Shown: positions 42,724 to 53,646, numbered from the stretch's first letter. The stretch is DNA of 54,158 nucleotides from Paracoccaceae bacterium (GCA_027351005.1 DAIEJF010000219.1:1-54158), one strand, 5' to 3'. Notes: a model not told the origin generated them from the sequence alone. Program-made: numbers and translations.

Positions 42724-43792
42724 CCCGCTTCCCCCCGGTGCGACCATCGGTATCCTTGGCGGCGGCCAGCTTGGCCGGATGCTGTCGGTCGCGGCATCGC
42801 GGCTGGGCTATCGCTGCCACATCTACGAACCCGGCGCCAACCCGCCCGCGGGCGACGTGGCCCACCGGGTGACGACCGCCCCCTACGAGGATGAAGCGGC
42901 CCTGCGCGCCTTTGCCGAGGCCGTCGACGTGGTGACCTACGAATTCGAGAACGTGCCCACCGCCGCGCTCGACCTGATCGAATCGCTGCGGCCGATCCGG
43001 CCCAACCGGCGCGCGCTGGCCGTCAGCCAGGACCGCATCGCGGAAAAGGATTTCCTCAGCGGCCTTGGCCTGCAGACCGCGCCCTATCACGCGGTGAACG
43101 ATGCGCGCGACCTTGAGGCCGCGATTGCCGCGATCGGCACGCCCGCGATCCTGAAGACCACGCGGCTTGGCTATGACGGAAAGGGGCAGGCGCGGCTGTC
43201 CGCGCCCGAGGACGCCGCCGCGGCACTGGCCGCGATGAAGGGCGCGCCCGCCGTCTTGGAGGGCTTTGTCAGCTTCGAGCGCGAGGTGTCGGTGATCGCG
43301 GCGCGCGGTCTTTCGGGCGAGGTCTCGGCCTATGACCCCGGCGAGAACGTGCACCGCGCGGGCATCCTGCACACCACCACCCTGCCCGCACGCCTGACCC
43401 CGGCGCAACGCACCGACGCGGTGCTGATCGCCGCGCGCATCCTGAATGCGCTGGATTACGTCGGGGTGCTGGGGGTGGAACTGTTCGTGACCCCGCGGGG
43501 CCTTCTGGTGAACGAGATCGCGCCGCGCGTCCACAACTCGGGCCACTGGACGCAGACCGGCTGCGCGGTGGACCAGTTCGAACAGCACATCCGCGCCGTG
43601 GCGGGCTGGCCCCTGGGTGACGGCAAGCGGCACAGCGACGTGACGATGCTGAACCTGATCGGCGACGACATCGCGCAGGTGCCGCAGATCGCGCGCGAGC
43701 CGAACGCCGCCCTGCACCTTTACGGCAAGGCCGAGGCCCGGCCCGGCCGCAAGATGGGGCATGTGAACCGCATCACCGGACCGGCGCGATAG
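42716..43792 (+). CDS. purK: N5-CAIR synthase
   Basis: [43 protein letters not shown]. Confidence 0.97.
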   Translation: MSDPLPPGATIGILGGGQLGRMLSVAASRLGYRCHIYEPGANPPAGDVAHRVTTAPYEDEAALRAFAEAVDVVTYEFENVPTAALDLIESLRPIRPNRRALAVSQDRIAEKDFLSGLGLQTAPYHAVNDARDLEAAIAAIGTPAILKTTRLGYDGKGQARLSAPEDAAAALAAMKGAPAVLEGFVSFEREVSVIAARGLSGEVSAYDPGENVHRAGILHTTTLPARLTPAQRTDAVLIAARILNALDYVGVLGVELFVTPRGLLVNEIAPRVHNSGHWTQTGCAVDQFEQHIRAVAGWPLGDGKRHSDVTMLNLIGDDIAQVPQIAREPNAALHLYGKAEARPGRKMGHVNRITGPAR

Positions 43793-43796
43793 CGGC

Positions 43797-44471
43797 TCAG
43801 GCCGCCACGCCCCCCACGATCCGCGCCAGCGCGGCGCGGATGTCGGGGATGGGGCCCATGGCGTCCACTCGGTCCAGCACACCCTTGGCCGCGTAATAGG
43901 CGATCAGCGGCGCCGTTTCGGCGTGATAGGCCGCCAGCCGCGCCGCCACCGTTTCGGCCTTGTCATCGGCCCGCCGCTTGAAGGCGGTGCCGCCGCACTT
44001 GTCGCAGACGCCCGCCACCGCGGGCTGCTTGAAGCTGTCGTGATAGCCTTCGCCGCAGGTGGCGCAGGTATGGCGCCCGGCGATACGGTCCACCATCGCG
44101 GCGTCATCGACCTCCAGCGACACGGCCGCCGTCACCCGCTGGCCGTTGGCCGCCAGCAGTGCGTCCAGCGCCTCGGCCTGGCCGCGGGTGCGGGGAAAGC
44201 CGTCAAGGGTCACGCCGCGCGCCACGTCGGGTTCGGCCATCCGGTCCTTCAGGATGGCCAGCACGATGTCGTCCGACACCAGCGCCCCCGCCTCCATCAC
44301 CGCCTTGGCGGCAAGGCCCGCGGGGGTGCCCCGGGCCACCGCCGCGCGCAGCAGGTCGCCGGTGGACAGCTGGATCAGGCCGAAGTCCTCTTCCAGAATA
44401 CGGGCCTGGGTTCCCTTGCCTGCGCCCGGCGGGCCCAACAGGATGATGACAGCGGGCGCAGGTTGGGTCAT
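43797..44471 (-). CDS. adk: Adenylate kinase with zinc-binding LID
   Basis: GPPGAGKGT, STGDLLR, LDGFPRT, CATC...CDKC. Confidence 0.93.
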   Translation of the reverse strand: MTQPAPAVIILLGPPGAGKGTQARILEEDFGLIQLSTGDLLRAAVARGTPAGLAAKAVMEAGALVSDDIVLAILKDRMAEPDVARGVTLDGFPRTRGQAEALDALLAANGQRVTAAVSLEVDDAAMVDRIAGRHTCATCGEGYHDSFKQPAVAGVCDKCGGTAFKRRADDKAETVAARLAAYHAETAPLIAYYAAKGVLDRVDAMGPIPDIRAALARIVGGVAA

Positions 44472-44475
44472 GGGC

Positions 44476-46437
44476 TTACCCCCGGTTCATGCGGTTGTTG
44501 ATCAACTCGTCCACCACGGAAGGATCGGCCAGCGTCGAGGTGTCACCCAGCGCGCCGAAGTCGTTTTCGGCGATCTTGCGCAGGATGCGGCGCATGATCT
44601 TGCCGGAACGGGTCTTGGGCAGGCCCGGCGCCCACTGGATCAGGTCGGGGCTGGCGATCGGGCCGATTTCGGTGCGCACCCATTTCACCAGTTCCTTGCG
44701 CAGGTCCTCGCTGGGCGCCTCGCCGTTCATCAGGGTGACATAGGCATAGATGCCCTGCCCCTTGATCGGGTGCGGATAGCCCACCACCGCGGCCTCGGCC
44801 ACCTTGGCATGCGCGACCAGCGCCGATTCCACCTCGGCCGTGCCCATCCGGTGACCCGACACGTTGATGACGTCATCCACCCGCCCGGTGATCCAGTAGT
44901 AGCCGTCCTCGTCCCGGCGGCAGCCGTCGCCGGTGAAATAGTAGCCCTTGTACTGTTCGAAATAGGCGGACTGGAACCGCTCGTGATCGCCCCAGAGCGT
45001 GCGCATCTGCCCCGGCCAGCTGTCGGCGATGCACAGGACGCCTTCGGTCTCGGTCTCGGGCTTGATCGCGCCCGTGGCGGCATCAAGCACCACCGGTTTC
45101 ACCCCGAAGAAGGGCAGCGTGGCCGCGCCCGGCTTGGTCCCGATGGCGCCCGGCAGCGGGGTAATCATGTGGCCGCCGGTCTCGGTCTGCCAGAAGGTGT
45201 CGACGATCGGGCATTTTCCCTTGCCCACATGCTCGTTGTACCAGTTCCAGGCCTCGGGGTTGATCGGCTCGCCGACAGAGCCCAGCAGCTTCAGGCTGGA
45301 CAGGTCGTGCCTGGCGGGCCATTCCGGCCCCAGGCCCATCAGCGACCGGATCGCGGTCGGGGCGGTGTAGAACTGCGCCACCTTGTGCTTCTCGATCACG
45401 GCCCAGAACCGGCCCGCGTCGGGATAGGTCGGCACGCCCTCGAACATCAGCGTGGTCCCGCCATTCGCCAGCGGGCCGTAGATGATGTAGCTGTGGCCCG
45501 TCACCCAGCCCACGTCCGCCGTGCACCAGAACACGTCGCCATCGTGGTAATCGAAGGTGTACTGATGCGTCATCGAGGCATAGACCAGATAGCCGCCCGA
45601 GGTATGCACCACCCCCTTCGGCTTGCCCGTGGACCCCGAGGTGTAAAGGATGAACAGCGGATCTTCCGCCCCCATCGGCCGGGCCGGGCAATCCGGCGCA
45701 ACCTGATCCATCATCGCCTTCACGTCGACATCGCGGCCCGGGATCCAGCTGGTCTGATCGCCGGTGTGCTTGACCACGAGGCAGCGCACCTTGTCGGAAC
45801 AATGCAGAAGGGCGGCATCGGTGTTGGCCTTCAGCGGCGTCCGCTTGCCCCCCCGCGGGGCGCTGTCGGCGGTGATGACCAGCTTGGCGCCGCAGTCGTT
45901 GATCCGGTTGGCCAGCGCGTCGGGCGAAAAGCCCGCGAACACGACCGAATGCACCGCGCCGATGCGCGCGCAGGCCAGCATCGCATAGGCGGCCTCGGGG
46001 ATCATCGGCAGGTAGATCACCACCCGGTCGCCCCGCATCACGCCCTGGCTCAGCAGGACGTTGGCCATCCGGTTCACCTTCTCGTGCAGCACCCGATAGG
46101 TGATGTGCTGCGCGGGCGTCGCCGGATCGTCGGGCTCCCAGATGATGGCGGTCTGATCGGCGCGAGTCGGCAGGTGCCGGTCGATGCAGTTCACCGCGAC
46201 GTTCAGAACGCCGTCCTCGAACCATTTGATGCTGACGCGGCCATAGTCGAAGGTGGTATTCTTCACCTTGCTGTAGACCTGCATCCAGTCCAGTCGACGC
46301 CCGTGCTCGCCCCAGAACGCATCGGGGTCGGCCAGCGAGGCGTCATACATCGCCCGATACGCCGCGGCGGTCACATGCGCCTGCGCGGCGAACGCGGCCG
46401 GCACCGGATGCGGCGCCACCTTCGGATGATCGGTCAT
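44476..46437 (-). CDS. acs: Acetate--CoA ligase (AMP-forming)
   Basis: [33 protein letters not shown] acetylation site; GAGGAG RBS. Confidence 0.96.
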   Translation of the reverse strand: MTDHPKVAPHPVPAAFAAQAHVTAAAYRAMYDASLADPDAFWGEHGRRLDWMQVYSKVKNTTFDYGRVSIKWFEDGVLNVAVNCIDRHLPTRADQTAIIWEPDDPATPAQHITYRVLHEKVNRMANVLLSQGVMRGDRVVIYLPMIPEAAYAMLACARIGAVHSVVFAGFSPDALANRINDCGAKLVITADSAPRGGKRTPLKANTDAALLHCSDKVRCLVVKHTGDQTSWIPGRDVDVKAMMDQVAPDCPARPMGAEDPLFILYTSGSTGKPKGVVHTSGGYLVYASMTHQYTFDYHDGDVFWCTADVGWVTGHSYIIYGPLANGGTTLMFEGVPTYPDAGRFWAVIEKHKVAQFYTAPTAIRSLMGLGPEWPARHDLSSLKLLGSVGEPINPEAWNWYNEHVGKGKCPIVDTFWQTETGGHMITPLPGAIGTKPGAATLPFFGVKPVVLDAATGAIKPETETEGVLCIADSWPGQMRTLWGDHERFQSAYFEQYKGYYFTGDGCRRDEDGYYWITGRVDDVINVSGHRMGTAEVESALVAHAKVAEAAVVGYPHPIKGQGIYAYVTLMNGEAPSEDLRKELVKWVRTEIGPIASPDLIQWAPGLPKTRSGKIMRRILRKIAENDFGALGDTSTLADPSVVDELINNRMNRG

Positions 46438-46539
46438 GGAAACTCCTCCTCTGGCTTGCTGCCATCCCTGCGATGTCATAGCCCGGCGCACCCGCGGACG
46501 GAAAGCCGGCTCATCCTCCGCGGGGCAATCTATCGCATG

Positions 46540-46630
46540 GTCAATCTTATCGTAAACCTTTTTGAATCATGGATTTTTCTGTAAATCACTTCACAAGATG
46601 CCGCAGCGCAGGGTAAATTATTTACATACC
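46540..46630. promoter_or_regulatory. AT-rich regulatory region upstream of acs
   Basis: TGTAA-N6-TCACA (46580-46595); GTAAAT-T-ATTTAC palindrome (46613-46625). Confidence 0.5.
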
Positions 46631-46873
46631 GCCTCGAATTTGCGCCGAAATTTCAACGACCTGCCCGGTCGACTGGCACGGAAAACCGGCAAATCCATCC
46701 CGAAGCCGGGTTTCGCCCTGCCAACCCCGGCCGCGCGCGCCCCGAACAGGGCCGCGCGGGACGAACGATCGTGACGTGCTGCCTGTCGATGGCGAAGGAA
46801 TCGTGCGTGCGCGATTCGCCCCGTTGCCGAGGCCGGGCCGCGGGCCTAGCTAGGACGCTGAGAGGAGCCCGCG

Positions 46874-47368
46874 ATGCCCGAACCCGTGAACCCGATCCGC
46901 GCCACCGATGACGAGGCCCGCCACCTGGCCCGCCGCCTTCTGGCCGAGGCCCGCTTTGCCGCGCTGGCGGTGCTGCATCCCGCGACCGGCGCCCCGTCGG
47001 TCAGCCGCATCGCACTGGGACAGGACCCGGGGGGCACGCCGGTCACGCTGATCTCGACCCTGGCGTTCCACACCGGCGCGCTGCAGGCCGACCCCCGCGC
47101 CGCGCTGCTGGTGGGTGAACCCGGACCAAAGGGCGACCCGCTGACCCACCCCCGCCTGTCGGTCGATGTGCGCGCCCGCTTCATCGACCGCGCGGGGCCC
47201 GAGCATGGCGCGCTGCGCGCGGCCTGGCTCACCCGCCACCCCAAGGCGAAGCTTTACGTCGATTTCGCCGATTTCGGCTTTGTGGCGCTGAACGTTCAGG
47301 GCGCGTCGCTGAACGGCGGATTTGGCAAGGCCTATGTGCTGACCGCGGCAGACCTGCTCGGGGGCTGA
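46874..47368 (+). CDS. Pyridoxamine 5'-phosphate oxidase-like/HugZ family protein
   Basis: LISTLAFHT, PGPKGDPLTHPRL, HPKAKLYVDFADF, GGFGKAY. Confidence 0.82.
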   Translation: MPEPVNPIRATDDEARHLARRLLAEARFAALAVLHPATGAPSVSRIALGQDPGGTPVTLISTLAFHTGALQADPRAALLVGEPGPKGDPLTHPRLSVDVRARFIDRAGPEHGALRAAWLTRHPKAKLYVDFADFGFVALNVQGASLNGGFGKAYVLTAADLLGG

Positions 47369-47373
47369 GGCGC

Positions 47374-48141
47374 TCAGACCGCGCTGAACCCGCCATCCAC
47401 GAACAGTTGCGCCCCCGTGACAAAGGCGCTGTCGTCGGACGCAAGGTAAAGCGCCGCGCGGGCGATGTCGTCGGGTCGGCCCATCCGCCCCTGGCTTGCG
47501 CGGATCGCCTCTTCCGAGGCATCGACCCCCAGCGCCTGCAACTCTGCCACCTCGCGGCGGCCGTGCGGGGTGTCGATGAAGCCGGGGCAGACCGCGTTAC
47601 AGCGGATGCCGCGGTCGCGGAACTCTACCGCGATGGCGCGGGCGAACATGTGGCAGGCGCCCTTGGTGGCGTCGTAAAGCACCTCCATCGGCGTGGCGTA
47701 GACGGCCGAGATCGACGAGGTGCAGACGATCGACCCGCCTCCCGCCGCGATCATCTGCGGCAGCACGGCGCGGGTCATCAGGTACATGCTTTTCACGTTC
47801 ACGGCGAAAAGACCGTCCCAGTCCGCTTCCTCGGTATCAAGGAATGGCTTGATGACGATGGTGCCCGCATGGTTGAACAGCACGTTGACCGGCCCCAGCG
47901 CGGCCGTGACGGTGGCGACGGCGGCCTCGACCTCGGTCTTGCGGGCGACATCGGCCGCGGCAAACACCACCCGATGGCCCGCCGCGCGCAACTCGGCGGC
48001 CAGCGCCTCGCCCAGCGCGGCGTTGCGATCGACGATCCCCACCGCGGCCCCTTCGGCCGCGAAAAGCCGCACTGCCGCCGCCCCGCAGCCCGAGGCGCCG
48101 CCCGAGACCAGCGCCACCTTCCCCGCCAACCGATCCGCCAT
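47374..48141 (-). CDS. SDR family NAD(P)-dependent oxidoreductase
   Basis: SGGASGCG, NHAG, YDATK (YxxxK), CPGFIDT. Confidence 0.92.
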   Translation of the reverse strand: MADRLAGKVALVSGGASGCGAAAVRLFAAEGAAVGIVDRNAALGEALAAELRAAGHRVVFAAADVARKTEVEAAVATVTAALGPVNVLFNHAGTIVIKPFLDTEEADWDGLFAVNVKSMYLMTRAVLPQMIAAGGGSIVCTSSISAVYATPMEVLYDATKGACHMFARAIAVEFRDRGIRCNAVCPGFIDTPHGRREVAELQALGVDASEEAIRASQGRMGRPDDIARAALYLASDDSAFVTGAQLFVDGGFSAV

Positions 48142-48201
48142 CACGCCCTCCTGCCCAGACGGGGCGCAGCCTAGGCGCCCCGTCCGGCCCGTTCAAGGAG
48201 G

Positions 48202-50499
48202 TCAGTTCGGGTTGTCGACCCGCGTGGTCACCATCACCTTGCCCGCAACCGGCACAGGCCAGCCCAGCGTCACCTGCCCCCGGCCGCTGCCCTGCTGCGC
48301 CGTGGCCGCGGGCATGTCGTAGCGCGCCACGCCGCCCGCGTCGGTGATCGCCCCCGACGCGGCGATGCCGGTGACAAAGCGCGCCCAGCCCCCGAACGGC
48401 AGATAGGCCGAGGGGTCGAGCGTCCAGGTCTTCGCGGCGGTGTTCTGCTGGAATTCCAGCGAGACAGGGCTGACCGCGGCCTGCGTCACCCCGTTGAAGG
48501 CGTTGTTCTGGAACACCACGTTGCGGAACCGCCCGTAATCGAGCCCCGCAACCGTGGCATCCACCGCCTCGACCCGGTCCACCGTGGCGCTGATGGTGCG
48601 GAAGACGTTGCCCGTCACCGCCAGCCCCCAGATGAAATGCCCCGGACCCTTGGGCGCCACCACGATCCAGCGGAACCCGGTGCCGACCCCCTTCACCGTG
48701 AAGATGTTGCCCGTCACCGTCAGGCCGCCGTAGCTGTATTCGCCCAGAAACCCCGGCGCCTGGTCATGCTCGTTCGACCATTCGATGAACTGGTTGTCGA
48801 TGTAGTTGCCGATGATCGTGGACTTGGGGTTGGTTGCCGTCAGCACGATCCCGCCCAACCGCACCCCCAGCGTCTCGTCGTCGCCCTGGAAGAAGTGGTT
48901 GCCGCTGATGACATGGCCAAGCCCGTTCATCACCGCCGTATGGCGGAACCGGCTGGCGCGGTTGCTGCGGATCTTGGTGTCGTTGGCATTGACGTTGAAG
49001 GCGATCGAGGTGCGGTCCTGCGCGCGGCCGCCCTGGTCGCTGTCTTTCGACAGGAACTGGCACTGATCCAGCAAGAGCCCCAGGCAGCCGGTGCCGATCG
49101 AGGTGATGCCGCGGTCCTTGGGCGCGTTGAACACGCAATCCGAAAACCGGCAGACCGTGCCCGCCGAGGCCAGCATCACCGCCGAGCAGACGCCGGCGCA
49201 GTAGAATTCCAGGTTCGTCACCTCGAACTTGTCCAGCCGTGCCATGCCGCTGAAATCCAGCGCATAGCGGAACCGGCGGAAGCTGTAGCCCTGGGTGCCA
49301 GCGGCGTTCCAGAGCGGCTGGCTGAGCGTCACCGTGCCCGCGCCGACGCTGGTCGCGGTCACATAGACCTCGCGGCCCACGCCGTTGCCGGTGACCAGCG
49401 CGCCAACCGGGATCTGCGCGACGTTGGTGATCCCGCTCAGCGTGAAGGGCTGGGCCGCGGTGTAGGTGGCCTGTGCGGTCACCACCACATCGGCCCAGGC
49501 TGCGCCCGGCTGCGGCGCGAGCTGGCCGTTGGTCAGCACCCGCCGGGTCTGGAAACTGTCGAGCCCGGCCACCGCGGCCACATCGACCGGCGCGCTCAGT
49601 TGCACCTGGCGGCCGCCGAGGTCCAGCACGGAATGGTCGGTGTAGTTGAACAGCGCCTGCAGCATCCGGCGGAACCCGGCCTCTTCGCCGCCGAAGGCCG
49701 CCTCGTAGCTGGGCAGGTCATAGCTTTGCCGCAGCGACAGCCGCATGCTGTCGGGCATGGCAAGTTGCCCCTCGAACCGGACGGGGGCGTTCAGGGTCAT
49801 GTTACCCGGCAGGTAATAGCGCCCCGTCGATACCAGCAGGCTGCACCGCTGGGCAACCGCGGCGCTGTCGGCCGCTGCGAAGGCCGCGCGGTCGTCGGTG
49901 ATCCCGTCGCCCTTCGCGCCATAGTCGCGCACGTCCACCCAGTCCATCAGCGTCCGGGCGAAGATGTCGGTCACATCCTCGATGCGCAGATCGTCGATCC
50001 GCACCACGCCGCCGTTCGGCCCCGTCAGATCCAGCCCGAAATGGCCGTAGTTGGGCGCAGCCCCCCACACCATGTCGACGCCGCGCCGGTTGCCCACGCC
50101 CACGATGGCGCTGATCGTGGCGACCGTGCCATAGGCGCTCAGCGTGACCTGCGGCCCGGACAGGGCCACCTCCGTGACCGCCCCGGCGGCATTCCCGGCC
50201 CAGGCGCCCACCCGCAGCGTGGGCAGGTTGCCCGACATCGCCTTTACCCGGGCCGAGATGCGCAGATAGACGCCGGGCAGGATCGGGGTCTGCACCATAT
50301 GGCGCAGCTTCTGCGTGGCCGATGTCTTCTGCAGTTCCAGACAGCCGCCGAAATCCTGATCGGCAGGCACATAGGCGGCATTCGGCTGGCCCGCATAGCT
50401 TCCCGAACCGGGCGTGCCGTCCTCGTAGGACCAGGACGAAAGCCCGGCCGAAAACGGCGGCGGCATCAGCGCCACGCCGTCGGTGATGGTGATATCCAT
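48202..50499 (-). CDS. Pectate-lyase-3/GH28-related beta-helix protein with an N-terminal carbohydrate-binding-like domain
   Basis: VDVRDYGAKGDGITDDRAAF motif; Asn-ladder repeats (ISGNHF, IIGNYI, VTGNIF, VTGNVF, FQNNAF); no signal peptide visible. Confidence 0.75.
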   Translation of the reverse strand: MDITITDGVALMPPPFSAGLSSWSYEDGTPGSGSYAGQPNAAYVPADQDFGGCLELQKTSATQKLRHMVQTPILPGVYLRISARVKAMSGNLPTLRVGAWAGNAAGAVTEVALSGPQVTLSAYGTVATISAIVGVGNRRGVDMVWGAAPNYGHFGLDLTGPNGGVVRIDDLRIEDVTDIFARTLMDWVDVRDYGAKGDGITDDRAAFAAADSAAVAQRCSLLVSTGRYYLPGNMTLNAPVRFEGQLAMPDSMRLSLRQSYDLPSYEAAFGGEEAGFRRMLQALFNYTDHSVLDLGGRQVQLSAPVDVAAVAGLDSFQTRRVLTNGQLAPQPGAAWADVVVTAQATYTAAQPFTLSGITNVAQIPVGALVTGNGVGREVYVTATSVGAGTVTLSQPLWNAAGTQGYSFRRFRYALDFSGMARLDKFEVTNLEFYCAGVCSAVMLASAGTVCRFSDCVFNAPKDRGITSIGTGCLGLLLDQCQFLSKDSDQGGRAQDRTSIAFNVNANDTKIRSNRASRFRHTAVMNGLGHVISGNHFFQGDDETLGVRLGGIVLTATNPKSTIIGNYIDNQFIEWSNEHDQAPGFLGEYSYGGLTVTGNIFTVKGVGTGFRWIVVAPKGPGHFIWGLAVTGNVFRTISATVDRVEAVDATVAGLDYGRFRNVVFQNNAFNGVTQAAVSPVSLEFQQNTAAKTWTLDPSAYLPFGGWARFVTGIAASGAITDAGGVARYDMPAATAQQGSGRGQVTLGWPVPVAGKVMVTTRVDNPN

Positions 50500-50640
50500 G
50501 AATTGCCCCTGCGTCGTTGACCTCGGGCCTATACGCCCGGCCGGGCCCGCGGGACACGACAGCCAGCCCCCGCCCGCCGCATCGCGCATGGCTCGTGCTG
50601 CCGGACGGACCGCCCGGGGATCAGAGCTAGCAGCCCGCCA

Positions 50641-50656
50641 TTAACCCGCGGTTAAC
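50641..50656. promoter_or_regulatory. CtrA binding site
   Basis: TTAA-CCCGCGG-TTAAC, an exact TTAA-N7-TTAAC match in an intergenic GC-rich region. Confidence 0.75.
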
Positions 50657-50668
50657 CGGGCGCGCGCG

Positions 50669-51079
50669 TCAGGCGCCAAGCCCCTGCTGCGGAAGGACCT
50701 GAACCGCGTCGATCCGCCAGGCACCGCCCACCTGCACCATGCGGTAATCCAGCATCCAGAGCCGCCCGGCCGGATCGGTCACCATCACCCGCTGCCACAG
50801 TCCGCCTGCCACATCGCGCAGTTGCAGGTATTTGACCGCGCTGGGATGCCAGACCATCGGATACCCGGTTCTGACCATGGTTCCGAAGTTGTCGGGGGTC
50901 TGGAACAGACCCTGGATCGTCGGCGAGGCAAAGGTGAAGGCGGTGGCAAAGTCGTCCTTCTGGAAGGCCGCGATCTGGTCGCCGATGACCGCCTGGATCG
51001 CGGGATTCGGCGCCTCGTCGGCCAGCGCTGCCATCGGCGCAAGGAAAAGGAATGGCAGAACCTGCAATGCACGCTGCAT
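50669..51079 (-). CDS. DUF4864 family exported protein
   Basis: Signal peptide (...APMAALA), IGDQIAAF, AFTFASPTIQGLF, MVRTGYPMVW. Confidence 0.8.
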   Translation of the reverse strand: MQRALQVLPFLFLAPMAALADEAPNPAIQAVIGDQIAAFQKDDFATAFTFASPTIQGLFQTPDNFGTMVRTGYPMVWHPSAVKYLQLRDVAGGLWQRVMVTDPAGRLWMLDYRMVQVGGAWRIDAVQVLPQQGLGA

Positions 51080-51109
51080 CGTCGTCCTCCTGTCATGTCC
51101 CCATTGCAC

Positions 51110-51137
51110 AGCTAGGGCGCACATATGCCGCGGCAAG
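51110..51137 (-). promoter_or_regulatory. RpoH(II)-type promoter of the DUF4864 gene
   Basis: CTTG-17 nt-CCTAGCT. Confidence 0.5.
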
Positions 51138-51201
51138 GGCGTCTTCGGAGGCATATCTTTCCGCGGCCCGAGAGACTAGATTTGCCCCAAAGGAGACCAT
51201 C

Positions 51202-52065
51202 GTGGCCTTCACCTTCGCACGCAGCGACCGCAGCCTGGAACGCGGCGCCCGCCGCATCGGCAGGGAACAGGTCGGGCGGGCGCTGTCGCAGATCGACGCG
51301 CCCGCCGTTCCGCCCCCCGTCGCCGTGCATGAGGTGCGCAAGGCGGTGAAGCGGCTGCGCGCACTCTTGCGGCTCTTGCGCCCCGGCCTGTCCGACCATG
51401 CCTCGCTGGACATGCTGCTGCGCGATGCCGCCCGCCATGTCGCGGCACTGCGCGATGCCGATGTGCTGCTGCACACCCTGGAAACCCTGTCGCCCGGCGG
51501 CCTGCCCGCGCTGCGCGCCGCGCTGCATGCCCGCCGCGACGCGGGCGGCGCCGATACGGACGCCGCGCTGGCCGCCTGCCGCGCCACGCTGACCGAGGCG
51601 GCGCCGATGCTGCGTGGCCTGTCGCTGACCGGCAGCAGCGATGATGTGCTGCACGCGGGGCTGTCCGTCACGCTGCGGCGCGCGCAGTCGGCCAACCGCA
51701 TCGCATTGCGGGCCGACAGCGCGGTGGCGTTGCACGATTTCCGCAAGCGGGTGAAGGACCACCTTTACCACGCGCGGCTGCTGACCCCGCTCTGGCCCGA
51801 ACTGATGCACCCGCATGCCGAGGCGGCCGAACTGCTGTCGGAGACTCTGGGCAAGATGAACGACATTGCCGTTTTCGTCGAGGCGCTGGCCCCGCTGCAC
51901 CTGCCCGACGACGAACGCGCGGCGGCGCTGACCCTGGCGCATCTGCGCCACGACCGGCTTGCGCTGACCGCCCTGCCGCTGGGCGCCCGCCTCTTTGCCG
52001 GTCGGCCCGAGGATCTGGCCGACCGCTGGTGTGCCCTCTGGGCGATCTGGATGGCCGAGGCTTAG
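51202..52065 (+). CDS. CHAD domain protein (polyphosphate-binding)
   Basis: AAGGAG RBS, GTG start; VHEVRKAVKRLRALL, LRDADV, LHDFRKRVKDH, LGKMNDI. Confidence 0.85.
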   Translation: MAFTFARSDRSLERGARRIGREQVGRALSQIDAPAVPPPVAVHEVRKAVKRLRALLRLLRPGLSDHASLDMLLRDAARHVAALRDADVLLHTLETLSPGGLPALRAALHARRDAGGADTDAALAACRATLTEAAPMLRGLSLTGSSDDVLHAGLSVTLRRAQSANRIALRADSAVALHDFRKRVKDHLYHARLLTPLWPELMHPHAEAAELLSETLGKMNDIAVFVEALAPLHLPDDERAAALTLAHLRHDRLALTALPLGARLFAGRPEDLADRWCALWAIWMAEA

Positions 52066-52068
52066 GCC

Positions 52069-53646
52069 TCAGGCCAGATCGCCCGCCAGCCCCTTCTCGA
52101 TCAGGGCAATGGTCCTTTCGACACCGTAAAGCGCGATGAACCCGCCAAAGCGCGGCCCCTCGCTGGCGCCCAGGCAGACCTCGTAGAGCGCCTTGAACCA
52201 GGTGCGCAGCGGGTCGAAGCCGTGCTCGTTGCCCACCGCATAGACGATGTTCTGCAGGGCTTCGGGGTCATGCGTATCGCCCGCCGCCCGGAGCCGCGCG
52301 ACAAGATCCGCCATCGCCACCCGTTCCTTGCCATCGGGCGCACGGAACTTGCGCGTGGGCGCCACGAAGTCGCGGAAGTAGCGCACCGCGAATTCCGCCG
52401 CCTGATCCAGATCGGGGTTGCCCTCGGGGCTGGCGTCCGGGGCATAGCTGCGGATGAAGCCCCAGAGCCCGGACTTGTCGGTGGCCCCGGCCACGCTGGC
52501 CAGGTTCAGCAGCATCGCAAAGGGCACCACCATCCGGCTTTCGGGGGGCGTGCCGCCGTGGATGTGCCACACCGGGTTTGCAAGCTGCCCCGCCGCGTCC
52601 TGCGTCGGGAAGGCGCGCAACTGCTGGTGATATTCGTCCACCGCCTTGGGGATCACATCCCAGCTCAGCCGCTTGGCGGTCTTGGGCTTGAGGAACATGT
52701 AATAGCTCAGGCTCTCGGTCGAGGCATAGGTCAGCCATTCGTCGATGGTCAGCCCGTTGCCCTTCGACTTCGAGATCTTCTGCCCGTTTTCGTCCAGGAA
52801 CAGCTCGTAGGTGAAATGCTCGGGCTTCACCCCGCCCAGAATCTCGCAGATCCCGTCGTAGATCGGCGTGTTGGTGGAATGGTCCTTGCCGTACATCTCG
52901 AAATCCACCCCCAGCGCGGCCCAGCGGGCGCCGAAGTCGGGTTTCCATTGCAGCTTCACATGGCCGCCCGTGACCGGCAGGGTGAATTCCTGCCCCGTCT
53001 CGTCGTCGAAGGTCACGGTGCCCGCCTTCGCATCCACATGCTTGATCGGCACATACAGGACGCGGCCGGTGTCGGGGTGGATCGGCAGGAAGCAGGAATA
53101 GGTCTGCTGGCGCTCCTCGCGCAGGCTTGCCAGCATGACCGCCATGATCTCGTCGTATCTCTCGGCCGCCTTCAGCAGGATCGCGTCCATCTTGCCGGAC
53201 TTGTAATACTCCGTCGCGCTGGCGAATTCGTACTCGAACCCGAAGGTATCGAGGAACCGACGCAGCATCGCGTTGTTGTGGTGGCCAAAGCTTTCGAACT
53301 GCTCGAACGGATCAGGCACCGAGGTCAGCGGCTTTTGCAGGTTCTGCTTCAGCATGGGCATGTTCGGCACGTTTTCGGGCACCTTGCGCATGCCGTCCAT
53401 GTCGTCCGAGAACACCAGAAGCTTGGTGGGGATGTCCGAGATTTCCTGGAACGCCCGGCGGATCATCGTGGTGCGCGCAACTTCCCCGAAGGTGCCGATA
53501 TGCGGCAGCCCGCTGGGGCCGTAGCCGGTCTCGAACAGCACATAGCCTTTCGCGGGCGGCGCGTCTTCGTAGCGTTTGAGGATCCGGCGCGCCTCTTCGA
53601 AGGGCCAGGCTTTCGAAGTCATCGCGGCATCGCGGAACGCGGACAT
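52069..53646 (-). CDS. lysS: Lysine--tRNA ligase, class I
   Basis: [46 protein letters not shown]. Confidence 0.95.
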   Translation of the reverse strand: MSAFRDAAMTSKAWPFEEARRILKRYEDAPPAKGYVLFETGYGPSGLPHIGTFGEVARTTMIRRAFQEISDIPTKLLVFSDDMDGMRKVPENVPNMPMLKQNLQKPLTSVPDPFEQFESFGHHNNAMLRRFLDTFGFEYEFASATEYYKSGKMDAILLKAAERYDEIMAVMLASLREERQQTYSCFLPIHPDTGRVLYVPIKHVDAKAGTVTFDDETGQEFTLPVTGGHVKLQWKPDFGARWAALGVDFEMYGKDHSTNTPIYDGICEILGGVKPEHFTYELFLDENGQKISKSKGNGLTIDEWLTYASTESLSYYMFLKPKTAKRLSWDVIPKAVDEYHQQLRAFPTQDAAGQLANPVWHIHGGTPPESRMVVPFAMLLNLASVAGATDKSGLWGFIRSYAPDASPEGNPDLDQAAEFAVRYFRDFVAPTRKFRAPDGKERVAMADLVARLRAAGDTHDPEALQNIVYAVGNEHGFDPLRTWFKALYEVCLGASEGPRFGGFIALYGVERTIALIEKGLAGDLA

